Origin: Picochlorum sp. SENEW3
Lineage: Eukaryota
Assembly: GCA_034226945.1 (NCBI GenBank)
Contig: CP120453.1
Span: 744,001 to 808,000, forward strand
Direction: 5' to 3'
DNA: 64,000 nt
Part shown: positions 12,881 through 25,188 of the stretch, one piece after another
Layout: every line of letters starts with the position of its first letter
Numbering within the stretch: position 1 is the stretch's first letter
The notes under the pieces: model-generated
What the model saw: the letters and a program-made list of their open reading frames with translations, nothing else
Database searches by the model: none
Told to the model about the DNA's origin: nothing
Program-made: the position numbers and the translations under genes

Positions 12881-13652
12881 CCTGCATTATTATACAGCAT
12901 TATAGTAAAGTAATCAAATTAATGCATAAACAAGCCATGTATGTCAATAATGCCAACGCATTCACTGATTAAAAAGACAATGCACTTGTATACCACAAAC
13001 AAGCACGTACGTCATTCATACAATCGACTAGCCCAATAAAACAATGTATATTGAGTATCAGAAAAGAAATGAAGCATTCTGGAGGGCTCATTTGCTCATC
13101 TAGAGAGAGAATGCTGTTGCTGCATTGGTGGTGGTGGGCACAGTAGTGGACACGATATTCGGGAGACCTGTCTCAGAGGCGTCCTTTCCATTCTGATTCG
13201 TATGAATACACAAACTCACTGCCAGCCAACCAAACACTAGTAAAAATATCATGTACGTTGTTATGATTGCAGTTGTAGTAGACGGGGATGTGAGAAACAC
13301 ACGTGTTTACCCATTCGTCGTGGCGTGCGGCTGCGGCGAATTTTCTTTTGGCTGTTTCTGCTCTAGATTTGGGATGGGATGGGGCAGATGAACAGATTAT
13401 ATTTGTTATCTGATATTTAATGGGTCTTTGGTTGAGAAAGAGGCAACGTGTCGGCGCGGTGTTGAGCCTTTGTTGCGCAAGGCATCGCTCTTGCTTCTTC
13501 TTCTCTGCCCGATGGATCCATCGTCATGATATATATAGTACTACATATGATAACATCATGATAATAATGCTAGTATTCGTTGTGGTCTGACGCAATTCTG
13601 TTCTGATATGCAGTTCTTTGAGTAGTATTCATAGTTGCCAGACACAATAACC

Positions 13653-14234
13653 ATGGCTGCTGCCGAGATCAAGCTGTTTGGAAAATGGAGTTTCGATGAT
13701 ATCGAGGTGAATGATATCTCCCTCGAGGATTATATTGCTGTGAAGCCAAAGTATGCCAAGTTCACAGCTCATACCGCTGGTCGTTATCAGAAGAAGCGCT
13801 TCAGAAAGGCCCAGTGCCCAATTGTGGAGAGGCTCGTCAGCAGTTTGATGATGCACGGACGTAACAATGGAAAGAAATTGATGGCTGTCCGTATTGTCCA
13901 GCACACTTTCGATATCATCAACTTGCTCACAGACCAGAACCCAATTCAGGTTCTTGTTGACGCTGTCATCAACGGTGGGCCACGTGAAGATGCCACCCGT
14001 ATTGGAAGTGCCGGTGTGGTTCGCCGTCAGTCTGTTGATGTGTCTCCACTCCGCCGGGTGAACCAGTCCATCTGGCTTCTGACAACTGGAGCTCGTGAGG
14101 CTGCATTCCGTAACATCAAGACTATTGCCGAGTGCCTGGCTGATGAGTTGATCAATGCCGCCAAGGGATCTTCCAACTCTTATGCAATTAAGAAGAAGGA
14201 TGAGATAGAACGTGTTGCCAAGGCTAATCGTTAA
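13653..14234 (+). CDS. RPS5: 40S ribosomal protein S5 (uS7)
   Basis: [36 protein letters not shown] are near-identical to eukaryotic uS7. Confidence 0.98.
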   Translation: MAAAEIKLFGKWSFDDIEVNDISLEDYIAVKPKYAKFTAHTAGRYQKKRFRKAQCPIVERLVSSLMMHGRNNGKKLMAVRIVQHTFDIINLLTDQNPIQVLVDAVINGGPREDATRIGSAGVVRRQSVDVSPLRRVNQSIWLLTTGAREAAFRNIKTIAECLADELINAAKGSSNSYAIKKKDEIERVAKANR

Positions 14235-14444
14235 GCATATTACCATCTATTACTGTATAGTAGCAGTAGTAGTTGTCCTATTAATTAAACAATGTAAGTA
14301 CATACCTAGGATGAGATCGTCTGCAGGCTGCAGCCATAAATAAATCTCCACATGTGGAGATATCGCCCATCAACGAGCGACTGTATGTTATAATCTTTCA
14401 AAATTCAACTATTACCCTAAAAGCTAGATATATATATATATCGT

Positions 14445-15416
14445 ATGGCGATATTTAGGATTGCAGGAAACCATCGTTGGTGGTCTCTTGCTGTGCAACA
14501 AGGTCGTTCACACGGCATAGCTGGAATAGCCTTCTCTCTCGAGGAATCCCAATATTTCATACAGAAATATGTATCTAATGTCGATAGTCGATGGGTTCAT
14601 TCGGAAAGGACCAGTCCTGTAGCGTGGATGAGGGATCATCGGCATCATGACCAGAAACAACGACAAGGAACGAAGGGTTTGTCCTCTTTATCTGGAATAT
14701 CAATGCTCGATGGTAGAATTAGTATTCAAAAAAGTCCTGTAATGGGTTTTAAGACGAGTTCAGAGGCTCTGTGGGCGGATTTGCAGGTCAAGGTCCCACC
14801 GTTGGGAGAGTCTATTACAGATGGCTCAGTGGCTGCTGTGTTGAAGCAGGAGGGTGATACTGTTGAGGAAGATGATCCTTTGATTCAGATAGAGACTGAT
14901 AAAGTGACTGTGGATGTTCGGTCGCCGGTGGCGGGGGTGGTCAAGTCTATTTTGGTGCAGGCTGATGAGACTGTTCATGTGGATAATGTGGTGGCTGTGG
15001 TGAAGGAAGGTGAGGCTGCTGGGAAGGCGGAGGGGAAGGTTCCTATGGCTGATACGCCTAAGAAAGAGACTGTTGTTTCTAGTGCACCGGCTGACGCTGC
15101 TGCGCCTTCATCTCCGCCAGCTGATGCGGGAGAAGGGACAAAGACACATGCGGTTGGCCACGGGAGACCTGTGTCTGCTGCACCTGGAGCGTATGTCCCA
15201 CGAATCTCATTCCCAACAAGGAGGACAGCAGATGGGAGAATTATTAGTGAGCTCTCTGCGGAAGAGCAGATGATTATTAGAAATGACGAGTTGGCTGCAA
15301 AGCATAGTGTCAACTTTTTCATGGCCAAACGGCAAGTGGAGAGGCCACCGTTGCCTCCTCGTCGCGAGCTTTCTGACAAAGAGATGGAAACAGTAATGCT
15401 TGGAGGTGCAGAGTAA
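14445..15416 (+). CDS. Mitochondrial lipoyl-domain protein with KGD4/MRPS36-like C-terminus and no acyltransferase domain
   Basis: E2o-type lipoyl domain VPPLGESITDG...IETDKVTVDV, Ala/Pro linker, then PRISFP and a terminal RRELSDKEMETVMLGGAE. Confidence 0.75.
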   Translation: MAIFRIAGNHRWWSLAVQQGRSHGIAGIAFSLEESQYFIQKYVSNVDSRWVHSERTSPVAWMRDHRHHDQKQRQGTKGLSSLSGISMLDGRISIQKSPVMGFKTSSEALWADLQVKVPPLGESITDGSVAAVLKQEGDTVEEDDPLIQIETDKVTVDVRSPVAGVVKSILVQADETVHVDNVVAVVKEGEAAGKAEGKVPMADTPKKETVVSSAPADAAAPSSPPADAGEGTKTHAVGHGRPVSAAPGAYVPRISFPTRRTADGRIISELSAEEQMIIRNDELAAKHSVNFFMAKRQVERPPLPPRRELSDKEMETVMLGGAE

Positions 15417-15450
15417 CATGATGATACAGAAATAAAAGAAAGGGATATGA

Positions 15451-17030
15451 CTACATCTTTGCAGCGGCTTTCAATGCATCCAATGTAAGGGATTTTGGTC
15501 TCTCAATTGGAAGACCCAATGCTCTTGACCATACTCCTTGTGACAGGACACCGAGGGCGCGCGACACACCAAATAAGACAGTGTAAAAGCTGTCTTCCTT
15601 TATTCCATAGTGCTGCAACAGCACTCCAGAGTGGGCATCAACATTAGGCCATGGGTTCTTCACCTTTCCAGTCTGCTTCAACACCTCTGGGACAACCTCA
15701 TACAAGAGGCTGACAAGCTTGAATAATTCATCGTTAGGCATATGCCTCGTGGCGAATGCTCGTTGGGCGGTATACCTTGGATCAGTCTTGCGCAACACAG
15801 CATGGCCATACCCTGGTACCACTTTGCCGCTCTTGAGCGTTGCCCACACAAAGTCTGTCAGCTGCTCCTTGGTTGGAGATGTTCCCAACTCAGACACCAC
15901 ACCAGAAAGCCATCGAAGAACTTCCTGATTTGCCAATCCATGCAATGGTCCAGCAAGACCTGTCAGACCAGCAGTGAATGACAAGTATGGATCAGACAGA
16001 GCAGATCCAACCAAATGTGTTGTGTGAGCACTCACATTACCACCCTCATGATCAGCGTGGATTGTCTGATACAACCGCATCATTTCCATGGCTCCCTCAG
16101 AGTCATATCCCATCATATGAGACAGATTACCAGCCCAATCCAAATTTGGATCAGCGTCAATCATCTTTCCTCCTTTATACGTGTTTCTGTAAATCAATGC
16201 AGCTATGGAAGGCAGCTTTGCAATCAAATCCAAAGAATCCTCCAGAGAATACTCCCACAACTTTGTCTTATGCACTCCCTCCCCATATGCAGCAGCAAAT
16301 TTCGATCCAGGCTGAAGTGCCAAAATGGCTGTTGCAAATTGAGTCATGGGGTGCGTACCCTCTGGCATGGCTGCCAACACAGAACCCACAGAAGACGGCA
16401 ACGCACTGCGCTCTCTCAGCATATCTGTCACACTTTGAACCTGAGCCTTGGTTGGAATATCCCCGGTGAACAACAACCACAAAAGCCCTTCTGGAAGAGG
16501 CTCCCCTCCCTCCTTTGCTCCTGGCAAGCTATGTTGAAGTTCTGGGATAGAATATCCTCTGAAACGAATACCTTCATCAGCATCGAGCAGTGATGTCTCC
16601 CAATACAACCCCTACAATACCACATGCTCGTGAGAACCCAATAAGAGTACATATAGAGAGAGATGTATAGTCACGTACAGGAATGCCTCTCATGCCACCA
16701 ATGGCCTGGTCCACCGTCACCTGACCAAGCACCGCACTCCCCATCTCCTTCTTAAATGTTTTCACTCTCTCCTACATAGCATGATATGTGACATCGGATC
16801 GATTGATCGCACCCAAACACCGAATCGCCCATGAATAGGTCTTCGCTTGATTGGTCATTTTCTCCCAGATGACGCACCTGCTCTGCTGGAATCTTTGATG
16901 ACAAGACTTCTTTCAAATCATTCTGAACCGATGACATGAAACGGGCCATGGATCCCTCGATCGAGACAGACACGCCCTGGTCCAGACCTGGGGCATGTCG
17001 CAAAAGATGCCTGGTTGAGTTGCGCAACAT
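15451..17030 (-). CDS. CS: Mitochondrial citrate synthase (3 exons)
   Basis: [54 protein letters not shown]. Confidence 0.97.
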
Positions 17031-17150
17031 GATGACTTCTGGAAACCCTTACGCAATATGAAAATGTAATACAAGAATACTATGAATTACATCGGAGGAA
17101 CTCATTGTATGGCCTAGGGACATGACTGCCATGAAATAGATGATGACCCA

Positions 17151-18090
17151 TCAATCCCTTTCACTAATCGCAACCAAGTGCGCATCTATTTGCTCTTCCG
17201 TCAACACCGTAAATCTTCCACCCTCAAACAACGCATCAGCAGTCTCCTCTCCGGTCAGAGGCACATGTGCAACACCTACTTCAATATCACTAGCTTTGAG
17301 GTCCTCTGAAAGGACATGCTGCAGTCCACTGATGGCCATTTGAATAATGTCATCGTGGGTTAGAGTTTTGAATCCATCGGACAATGCCCTGTGCTGCTTC
17401 TCCAGCCAATTAATGGACTCTTGATCCTTCACACCACATGATGTTGCCTTGTATCCCACAAAATACCCAGCAGGGTCGACTTTATACAGCTGTGGACCGT
17501 CTTCCTCATCGATACCAACAATAATAGGGATCACGCCAAGCGGTCTCATGTATGCATGCTGCGTATACACCTGTGCTTGGTCTGCAAGGATGCGTGCCAG
17601 CACCGCTGGCGTGATATCATACCCATACTTGAATTTGAACTCGGCAGACTCCGATCGAGCTTTCTGAACTAATGATCTAGCATCCCCATGTAATCCGATG
17701 GCAAGCATACCTATATTCTGTGTGATCCTGTGAATATTTGTGACACTGCTTGGAACCATGAGCTTGTCAGGGACTTTTTTCTGCGTCACAAAACAGACGG
17801 AATCCTTCCCGCGGATAGCTATACACGTATTACCGCTTGCTTTTACTGTTTTAAAAGCATATTCTGCGCAGTATTGGTGTGTTGTTAGAACATAGAGAAC
17901 AGAGAAGGCCGTGGTTGATTGCGATCACATCACGTTGGCTCTGTTGACGTATCGATACCCATCTTCATGGTTTATATTTGTTATGTGAGAAAATATAATG
18001 TGTTTTCAAGGACATACCGACTTGATAGAGTCTCCCTTCGGGACTAAAAATGGTAATGTGGCGATCATACCCAGAACTTCCCCGTGACAT
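17151..18090 (-). CDS. PAA1: 20S proteasome alpha subunit PAA / PSMA6 (2 exons)
   Basis: Exon 1 [24 protein letters not shown]; exon 2 [34 protein letters not shown]. Confidence 0.95.
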
Positions 18091-18494
18091 TGTAGATTGG
18101 CAATGTTCTCGTCGAGGAAGGAGTTTTTTCTTTGTCTCTAATAGTACTGTGATATTTTTTCAGACAACTGTGCTCCATTGGCTGCGACTGCCTATGTATT
18201 CAGGGTTCATGTTGGGAGTATTTGAAGTATTTTTTAGATGTTCGGTCAAAGGATGGCTTCAATGGTTGACTGCATGCCTTTGCGGAAAGGATTATGAGAA
18301 TGCGACAAATCGGAAGAATCTCATCATTCGTTGAATTTTGAAACAATTACGACTTCTTTATCAAAAAGTAACAACAACGTATATCGTGTTGCTCCATGTA
18401 TGAGAGATTTCTCTGAATAGCACCAATAGTAGAGCGACAAGGTATATTCTGTGTGTGATACAGAGAGAGAGTGGTTGGCGAAAGTTTCTCTAGC

Positions 18495-20120
18495 ATGGGT
18501 TCTGTCATCTCGCGCCGGATAATTGGGTATGTATATATCCTAATTCAGATTTTGGTGCACGGGATTGTGGCGGATCAGGCATCGTCGTCGTTTGAGGTAC
18601 CTTTGAAGAGAAGGAAGCAGGTTGGGGTCTTTGCTCCAGTGGAAGATGCACAGGGTAATTTGATTCCCTACACAGAGTGCGTGTTGATTCTTGTAGCTTT
18701 TGATAATGAATGATGGTCGTTTCATTGACAGTGTGGGTGTAGGTATTTGACCATTACATTGTTGGCATCACCCAGTATTGATGCCAGGTACAGAATTGAT
18801 GGATCCCAGACCTCTGCATATAATGCCGCTGAAATCGTCGTTGACACGGGGAGTGCATTGCTTAGTATGTATCTCAAGAACACGACTGTTCCCGAGGATT
18901 GTAAACAATTGTATGAGAGGTATCCAAATTCGACGATTGATCAGAGGTTGTTGACACCTTTGCCAGCAAACAGTCCAGAGTGTAGATCATTCACATATTC
19001 AGTTCCAGATCCCAACGGTGATGACTGCTTGTTTCGAATAACGTATGGGGGAGGATCGACTTCGTTGAATGGGTTTGCGGCGCAAGAGGAGTTTGCGTTT
19101 GAGAATAGTACGGCGGTGCTTGGATCAAGTGATGTGACACTGCCTTCAGCACCATTGGCGAATGCTGGGTTGGGTGGCATGATGACTATTGCTGCTGTGG
19201 AGAATGCGACGAATTGCGATGCTTTCCCAGGACTGGGTGGTATGGATAACAATGAAAATTCCGTTGTATCTCAACTTGTGAGCCAGGAGTTGATTGGTCG
19301 CCATGCACTCAGTGTCTGCACGAGTTTAAGAGATAATGCATCGTTTATTGTATTTGGACCTGCCATCCCCCAGAGTGCAGATCTGAATGACGTGATCATG
19401 TATAATGGGACGACAATACAATCTATTCAGACTGAAAGTGATGCCTTTGAACAGTCGATTGACCCGTTGAAAGAGACCGGGCTTTCAAGCCATTACTACG
19501 TGATTGTAAATGGCTTGCAAATTGGAGAGTCTGATGCCATCCAAGGTCCATTGAGTGCGATTATAGATACAGGATTCCCTGCATTTGGTGTGACGAAATC
19601 CATGTTGGACCAAGTGAATGCCCAAATATCGGCCAACGCACAGAAGAATAGTCTCCCTGTCGCAGGGCCTGGATGCTTTGCAGTAGGTCCAGATGTGTCT
19701 CTGCCAGAGATTGTGTCACGCGTGATCCCAAATGTGACCATCTTTTTCACAAATGAGACAAAAGTTGTGATTCCTGGTGCAGCATTCGCAGAGGTTGTGG
19801 TGATGGAGGACTCTGGTCGAGAGGTTTGTAGCACCCTGCTGGAGTCGAGTCCACAGCAGTTGGCACTTGGCACCGCATTCTTCTTGAATAGATTTGTTCA
19901 GCTGGACTCTGCCTTGGGCATTATGCGGACGAGTGAACTCGAGGTCTGCCCTTCTGTACCACCTGGAGAAGGAGGATGGACGGTGAGCGATTCAATCTCA
20001 GTCAAAGGAAGCTATACCTTCCCATACAATATTGCTGCAAGTGCTGCAGCACAGACACATGGCTTCGTCGTGATGATGGTTGCGTCTATTTTGATCTCAA
20101 TATTTTTTACATGCAATTGA
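18495..20120 (+). CDS. Secreted pepsin-like (A1) aspartic protease, probably GPI- or membrane-anchored (2 exons)
   Basis: Signal peptide, two catalytic motifs IVVDTGS and AIIDTGF, ITYGGG flap, LG..FF motif, hydrophobic C-terminal tail. Confidence 0.8.
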
Positions 20121-20189
20121 GTAGTAAGTCTTATTTGTACTTTTTGATAGATTACGTTGCGTATCACGCTTTTGAGTGTGCTTGTGAAT

Positions 20190-21281
20190 TTATGCAAACA
20201 TCAAGACCAGCCCGGCCACGGCCAAACCAGTTGTTCCCAAGGCAACACCAGTGGCGCCGCTGGCCTGCTCCGCCACGTCTGCCACTGTATCTCCTACTGT
20301 ATCAGCTACATTGGACATTCCATCGCCTTCCAGTACGACTCCATCAGGTGTAATCGTAGATCCACCGAGCAAACCACCAGTGTCTTTTACAGCCTCGACT
20401 TTTGGAGCTTCGTTGCTATTTGGCAGGGGCTGGAATACCTCGGCAATGAATCCTCGTTTCAAAAGGAATCCTTCTGGAATATCCTGAGTATTTCCTGTGG
20501 GGCATGGGATCGTTGCAGCAAACTGCACACGATAGTTTGTTCCTGCCACAACTTGAGAACAGGCCTGAGTGATCTGGACAGAGTTGACAAAGTCATTCTC
20601 AGTGGCACCGCATGCTTGGACAGCCTTCTTGAAATCGTCAGATTGATCATTTTCCCAATAAGACTGCGCTGCAAGCTTGGCAGAAGCAACCACCTGCTCA
20701 TTATCTGATGGATCAGTGACATCATTGAAGCCTCCTGCAAGACCAGCCTGGCCACAGAAATCATCTTGTGGAGACACACCCTGGACACCAGTCAATTCTG
20801 GAATCGGATTCTTTCCGTCTTCTGGAAGTGCTACGTATCCCTCCGCTCTGATAGTTCTCGTCAAATTCACTCCTGGTGGTAAAATCTTCTTGTTGGCATC
20901 GCTGCATGGAACAGTGATGGTAAATTCCACCAAATAATTTGTCCCTTGCACCACTTGTGAGCAAGCAGCGATAATATCGATGCTATCAACCAATTTCACC
21001 CTGTTTGCACCACACTGTTTCAATATTTCAGTGTCCTCAGGTGTCTGCGCTGCTGGAGTGAAGAGGTAATCAATGGCTGCAAGACGGGCAATTTCTTCCA
21101 CATCTATATTTTTCTGAGGATCTTCAACTGGTGCATAGCCACCAACTGGTGCATTTGGTCCTAATGATGCTGGATCAGCACAGAGGCCATTGCCCCCCAC
21201 CATGGTATCAGCCAGAGCAACCTGCCCACCTGCTGCCAAGAGGGCAGCCAAGCAGAGAGAGGTAACCTGTGCTGTTCTCAT
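20190..21281 (-). CDS. Secreted tandem cystatin-like domain protein, probably GPI-anchored
   Basis: Signal peptide; two repeats each with GG(Y/F) and ACSQVV(Q/A)GTNY (cystatin QxVxG loop); hydrophobic C-terminus. Confidence 0.75.
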   Translation of the reverse strand: MRTAQVTSLCLAALLAAGGQVALADTMVGGNGLCADPASLGPNAPVGGYAPVEDPQKNIDVEEIARLAAIDYLFTPAAQTPEDTEILKQCGANRVKLVDSIDIIAACSQVVQGTNYLVEFTITVPCSDANKKILPPGVNLTRTIRAEGYVALPEDGKNPIPELTGVQGVSPQDDFCGQAGLAGGFNDVTDPSDNEQVVASAKLAAQSYWENDQSDDFKKAVQACGATENDFVNSVQITQACSQVVAGTNYRVQFAATIPCPTGNTQDIPEGFLLKRGFIAEVFQPLPNSNEAPKVEAVKDTGGLLGGSTITPDGVVLEGDGMSNVADTVGDTVADVAEQASGATGVALGTTGLAVAGLVLMFA

Positions 21282-21946
21282 CCTTGTGAATAGTCTTCTT
21301 CTTTACTGCAACAAGAAATTATCTTAAATTAGAATACAACCGCGTCAGCATTGTTCACCGATCAAGTACCAGTGTGGTGAGAGGGGATCGTCCAGGACGA
21401 GCCGCGGGGGCCCAACGCCGCGTGACACGTTGCAAAACTTTAGGCGCTGGGAGTCTTCCTTTTCTTCTCGTTTCGACGACAATGGCATTGAAAATATATT
21501 TAATTCTGTGTGTATTGCAACACAAAGCAATCATACGCAAAACCCGAGATGGGCAACCGTTGCAGTCCTGAGATCCCCCTTGGTGGTGTTCCGATAAGAC
21601 GGTATTGTCCATCAACAGAACACAAGAATCACTATAACATAAATATCTCACCTTTGATGATTATATGATTCACACGCAAAGTATGATTTGTTTGTGGAGA
21701 GACACTGTGCTCTGGTTTCTCCACATCAGCACAGGGAACAGCACACGATTATGAGATCTCATGGAAAGTCCCATCAACGCACATCCTGGATAGGTAGTGA
21801 TACCATTCAACCATCCAACACTGCCTTGGACCGAAGAACATACGCAATCGAGGGTGAGAGGCCTTCGACGCACAGCCATGGCCACAATGTGCCATCCATA
21901 CTCTGCGAACAATGCCGATAAATACACAACATTAATTGATATAAAC

Positions 21947-22619
21947 ATGAATGCTCTTCAGAAGAATCAGTTCCTCAGTGGACAGGGTCTTGCCTCTGCA
22001 GCAAAGGCTTCCGCCGTCCGTGGAGGAGTCCGCCCAGCACGTTTGGTAGTCCAGGCAGGCCGCATTGTACGTGATACATTGTGATTCAAGTAATTTCTTG
22101 GTGTTCTTCGGTGTTTTATTGGTGGAATCAATGCCGCTAGCGTCAAATCGTCTTACGCCACAAAGACTCCAACACCGGCACTCGCAGTCTTACGGTAGAT
22201 TGCACACAGCAATGCATGATTGACATGTATTTACTATTATGTAGGGCCCAGGAAAGGATTGGGAGCAGCGTAAGCTGACGAAGAATGGCAAGCCAGTGTT
22301 GCTGGACCTCCATGTCAAGACTGGAGACATGGTCAAAGTGATTGCTGGAAGCGATAAAGGAAAGGTTGGAAAGATTTCCAAGGTGGACAGGAAGAGTGGA
22401 CAGGTTGTGATGGAGGGTGTGAATATTAGAACAAAGCACGTGAAGCCAATGGGAGACGAAGAAGAGGGCCAAATCCTGCGCACAGAGTTCCCAATTCACC
22501 ACTCCAACGTGCAGCATTATTCAGAGGCACAGGGAGTTGTCAGTAGAATTGGCCATAAAGTTGAGGGAGGAAAAAAGGTTAGGTATCTCAAAAAGACTGG
22601 AGAGGTGTTGGCAAAGTAA
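21947..22619 (+). CDS. rpl24: Plastid 50S ribosomal protein L24 (exons 21947-22066, 22245-22619)
   Basis: Transit peptide exon; HVKTGDMVKVIAGSDKGKVG (KOW), EGVN, PIHHSNV. Confidence 0.95.
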
Positions 22620-22873
22620 AACCATATGTTTATTCTAGATTTCTTTCTTTCTTTGTAAAAGACACCAAAAGGTGCAATTCATCCTTTTTGATATCACGAT
22701 GGGCTTTCCATCTCCTGAAACAGATGTTGCTAGTGATGTTCATGAATCGTCACTGATTGATGATGAATTGCAGTGGTCTGCAGCTAGCTGAATGCAAGGC
22801 AGATTGGGTACCTCGCACATTTTAAAATCTGTCCACTATTCGAGGGAATTGAAGTTTCCAAAAGATAATAGAT

Positions 22874-23497
22874 ATGAATAGTGTTCGAGTAGCATCTCAT
22901 TCTACCCGGGCTCCTGGGAATAGCTGGAACAACAAGCGCTCCGCTTCTCGACGAGCCCGTCTCTGCCACAGTCGTCATGGTGCAATTAAGACGGAATGTG
23001 CGGGATTTGGAGGGTCAACATCGGGTAAAAATAGTAAGAAAGCGCCTAAACTGACGAGATATTTAGATATTGAAGAGAAAACGCAGACATCCGAGGGGAG
23101 CTCAGACGGGTGGTTCAAAGTGCCAGACGTCTCTTACAAGTCCACATTTCTCAGCAAGCCCATAAAAGCAGTGATTCTCGAGTCTGGAAGGGCTATATGT
23201 CTGTATAAAGTAAATGATACGATCTACTGTACAGATGCGAACAGCACAGCGTTTAAATATCCATTAGCAGATGCATCCATCCTTCAGCTCGACAAGACTG
23301 GCCCAGCAGTGGAAGTGAAACTCGACGGTACAGTGTATGATTTGGCCACGGGAAAGGTCATGTCTTGGTGTCCCAAGAATAATCCTATCCGTTCGGTGCT
23401 GGGGTCTTTGAAAGACAAGTCAGAACCAGAAGACCTGCCAGTGTTTCCAGTACAGGTCAAGGGTGACGATATTTGGGTCAATCTCTCAGTCGTATAA
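22874..23497 (+). CDS. Plastid Rieske-fold protein lacking canonical Fe-S ligands
   Basis: Transit peptide; GRAICLY..IYCTD, GTVYDLATGKVMSWCP, LPVFPV resemble Rieske ferredoxins, but both CxH boxes are absent. Confidence 0.7.
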   Translation: MNSVRVASHSTRAPGNSWNNKRSASRRARLCHSRHGAIKTECAGFGGSTSGKNSKKAPKLTRYLDIEEKTQTSEGSSDGWFKVPDVSYKSTFLSKPIKAVILESGRAICLYKVNDTIYCTDANSTAFKYPLADASILQLDKTGPAVEVKLDGTVYDLATGKVMSWCPKNNPIRSVLGSLKDKSEPEDLPVFPVQVKGDDIWVNLSVV

Positions 23498-23525
23498 CAT
23501 CATCATTCATGTAAAAAGAAGAAAA

Positions 23526-23970
23526 TTATTGCATAAACGCTTCTGGTGGAGGAGGCTGCAGCTCCCCTCCTCTCATATCCATGACTTGCACAAGAGCCAA
23601 ATACGCCAGACCAAACACAATGGAAATAACTCCCGTGACAATGGCAGTTCCTTGCCCTTTGGCCAATCCTTTCTTCTGTTGAGCCTCCGGAATTTCTGCC
23701 TCTTCCTGAGGACGTGCATCCGGTTGGTCACCAGAGTCACTCATCTGAACAACTGTAGAAGGCAACAGTCTTTTCCCTCCTTGGCTACCACTGCTACGCA
23801 GTCCTGTGTTGATTCTGCATATGTATTGAAATTTATGGTATCAAATACCACAATGTGGTTGTACACAATGAATACACGTACCTGAAAGCAAGAAGAGCAG
23901 GACCAACAGTTCCTGCCTTGTGGTGCCTGTGAACCACAGACTGCAGCCTTGTCTGTACCACAACATTCAT
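23526..23970 (-). CDS. Small plastid single-TM protein resembling a conserved cyanobacterial/plant family (2 exons)
   Basis: Transit-like exon 1; C-terminus GTAIVTGVISIVFGLAYLALVQVMDMRGGELQPPPPEA. Confidence 0.65.
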
Positions 23971-24160
23971 TGCGACTATCCACTATGTATTTACGATGGA
24001 TGAAAATTATTCAAAAATTATAGGCATGCCGTCAGTCGCCCATTCTATGCATGTCTCATGGGCATGTGGAGACCGTAAAAAGAACATTTAAAAGCACGTG
24101 GACATCACGCCCATGATACATGGTGGTGGAGCCGTAGCATATCTATGAATGCAATAGAAA

Positions 24161-25029
24161 ATGGATACTTCAGGACCTCCCGCGGATGAGCCACGTGGTT
24201 TGGCCAAGTCTTTGGATGATTTAATCTCAGAGCAACGGAAAAAACAACGCCAGAGCAAAGGGAAGAAGAAGAAGCAGACCTATAACGACAGACAACATCG
24301 AAACAATAACAATTATCAGGAGGGACGGGATGGGAAAAGACGGGAGGAGGTAGAAAAGATTTTGCACGAAAAGGTGTTTCGAGTGAAGCAATTACCTTCT
24401 CATAAAAGACGATATACGCCTCGACATGAGCAGTATGGAGGCAGAAATCAGCACAGATATAGGGATGAAGATCACGGGCGTAGAGAACCTCGATATTCTC
24501 GCGGGCGTGGAAGAGGAAGGGGGAGAGGCAGAGGGAGAGGAAGGCAGCAACATGACGGGTCCATGAATACCGAATATGCTGAACATACTGATCCCGCAGC
24601 GGAACAGGAGAAAGCGGCTTTGGCTGGTTTACAGGTGTGTGCGGATGTTTTTAACAGCAGTCATGTATTGTGCGCAAATGATCACGTGATGATGGTGTCT
24701 GAATACTCTCGTATCCACTGCAGAGACAAAATTGTTATTTGAATAATGAGGGAAATGTTGCGATAGGATTTGATGGAACTGATGTTGTACAAATTGCTCA
24801 GAATGGAGATGTAAAAATCCACCTCGACGGGAAGAGAGATGATGAACTTGTCGAGTCACTGAATTACACATTGACTCCCATAGGCATCAAGTTGACAAAG
24901 AAGGGAGAGGAAATGAGTGTTTCTGATGGACGTGCATTGGTAAGATACCATGATGGAATAGTGTTGGGAGGAAAGGGGAATATGTTTCGAGGATCCATGG
25001 TCATGACTGCTTTCCATGGGCAGCAATGA
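24161..25029 (+). CDS. RG-rich protein with N-terminal UAP56-binding-like motif (2 exons)
   Basis: LAKSLDDLI motif, (RG)n tract, GT..AG intron approx. 24635-24724 linking to ORF 24739-25029. Confidence 0.55.
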
Positions 25030-25188
25030 CATTGGTAGAGCAGAATAGATTTTCGCTGGATACCCCTCGCTGTTGTCACATATTATAATTTATAAAATAC
25101 TTGTTACATGTAAGGGATGACATTATGGTCACAACGAGCTTGTAGTGCGTCGTAACTGCCGAAAGTCGAGAAATTTACACGACTCAGT

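Noticed and set aside
13520..13612. C/D snoRNA upstream of RPS5 (CTGA motifs)
   Set aside because: No convincing RTGATGA C box, terminal stem or rRNA guide was identified
13629..14246. 205-aa antisense ORF over RPS5, and similar long antisense ORFs over citrate synthase, SAC3, ACL4 and the proteasome genes
   Set aside because: Shadow frames of biased or low-complexity coding sequence with no independent motifs
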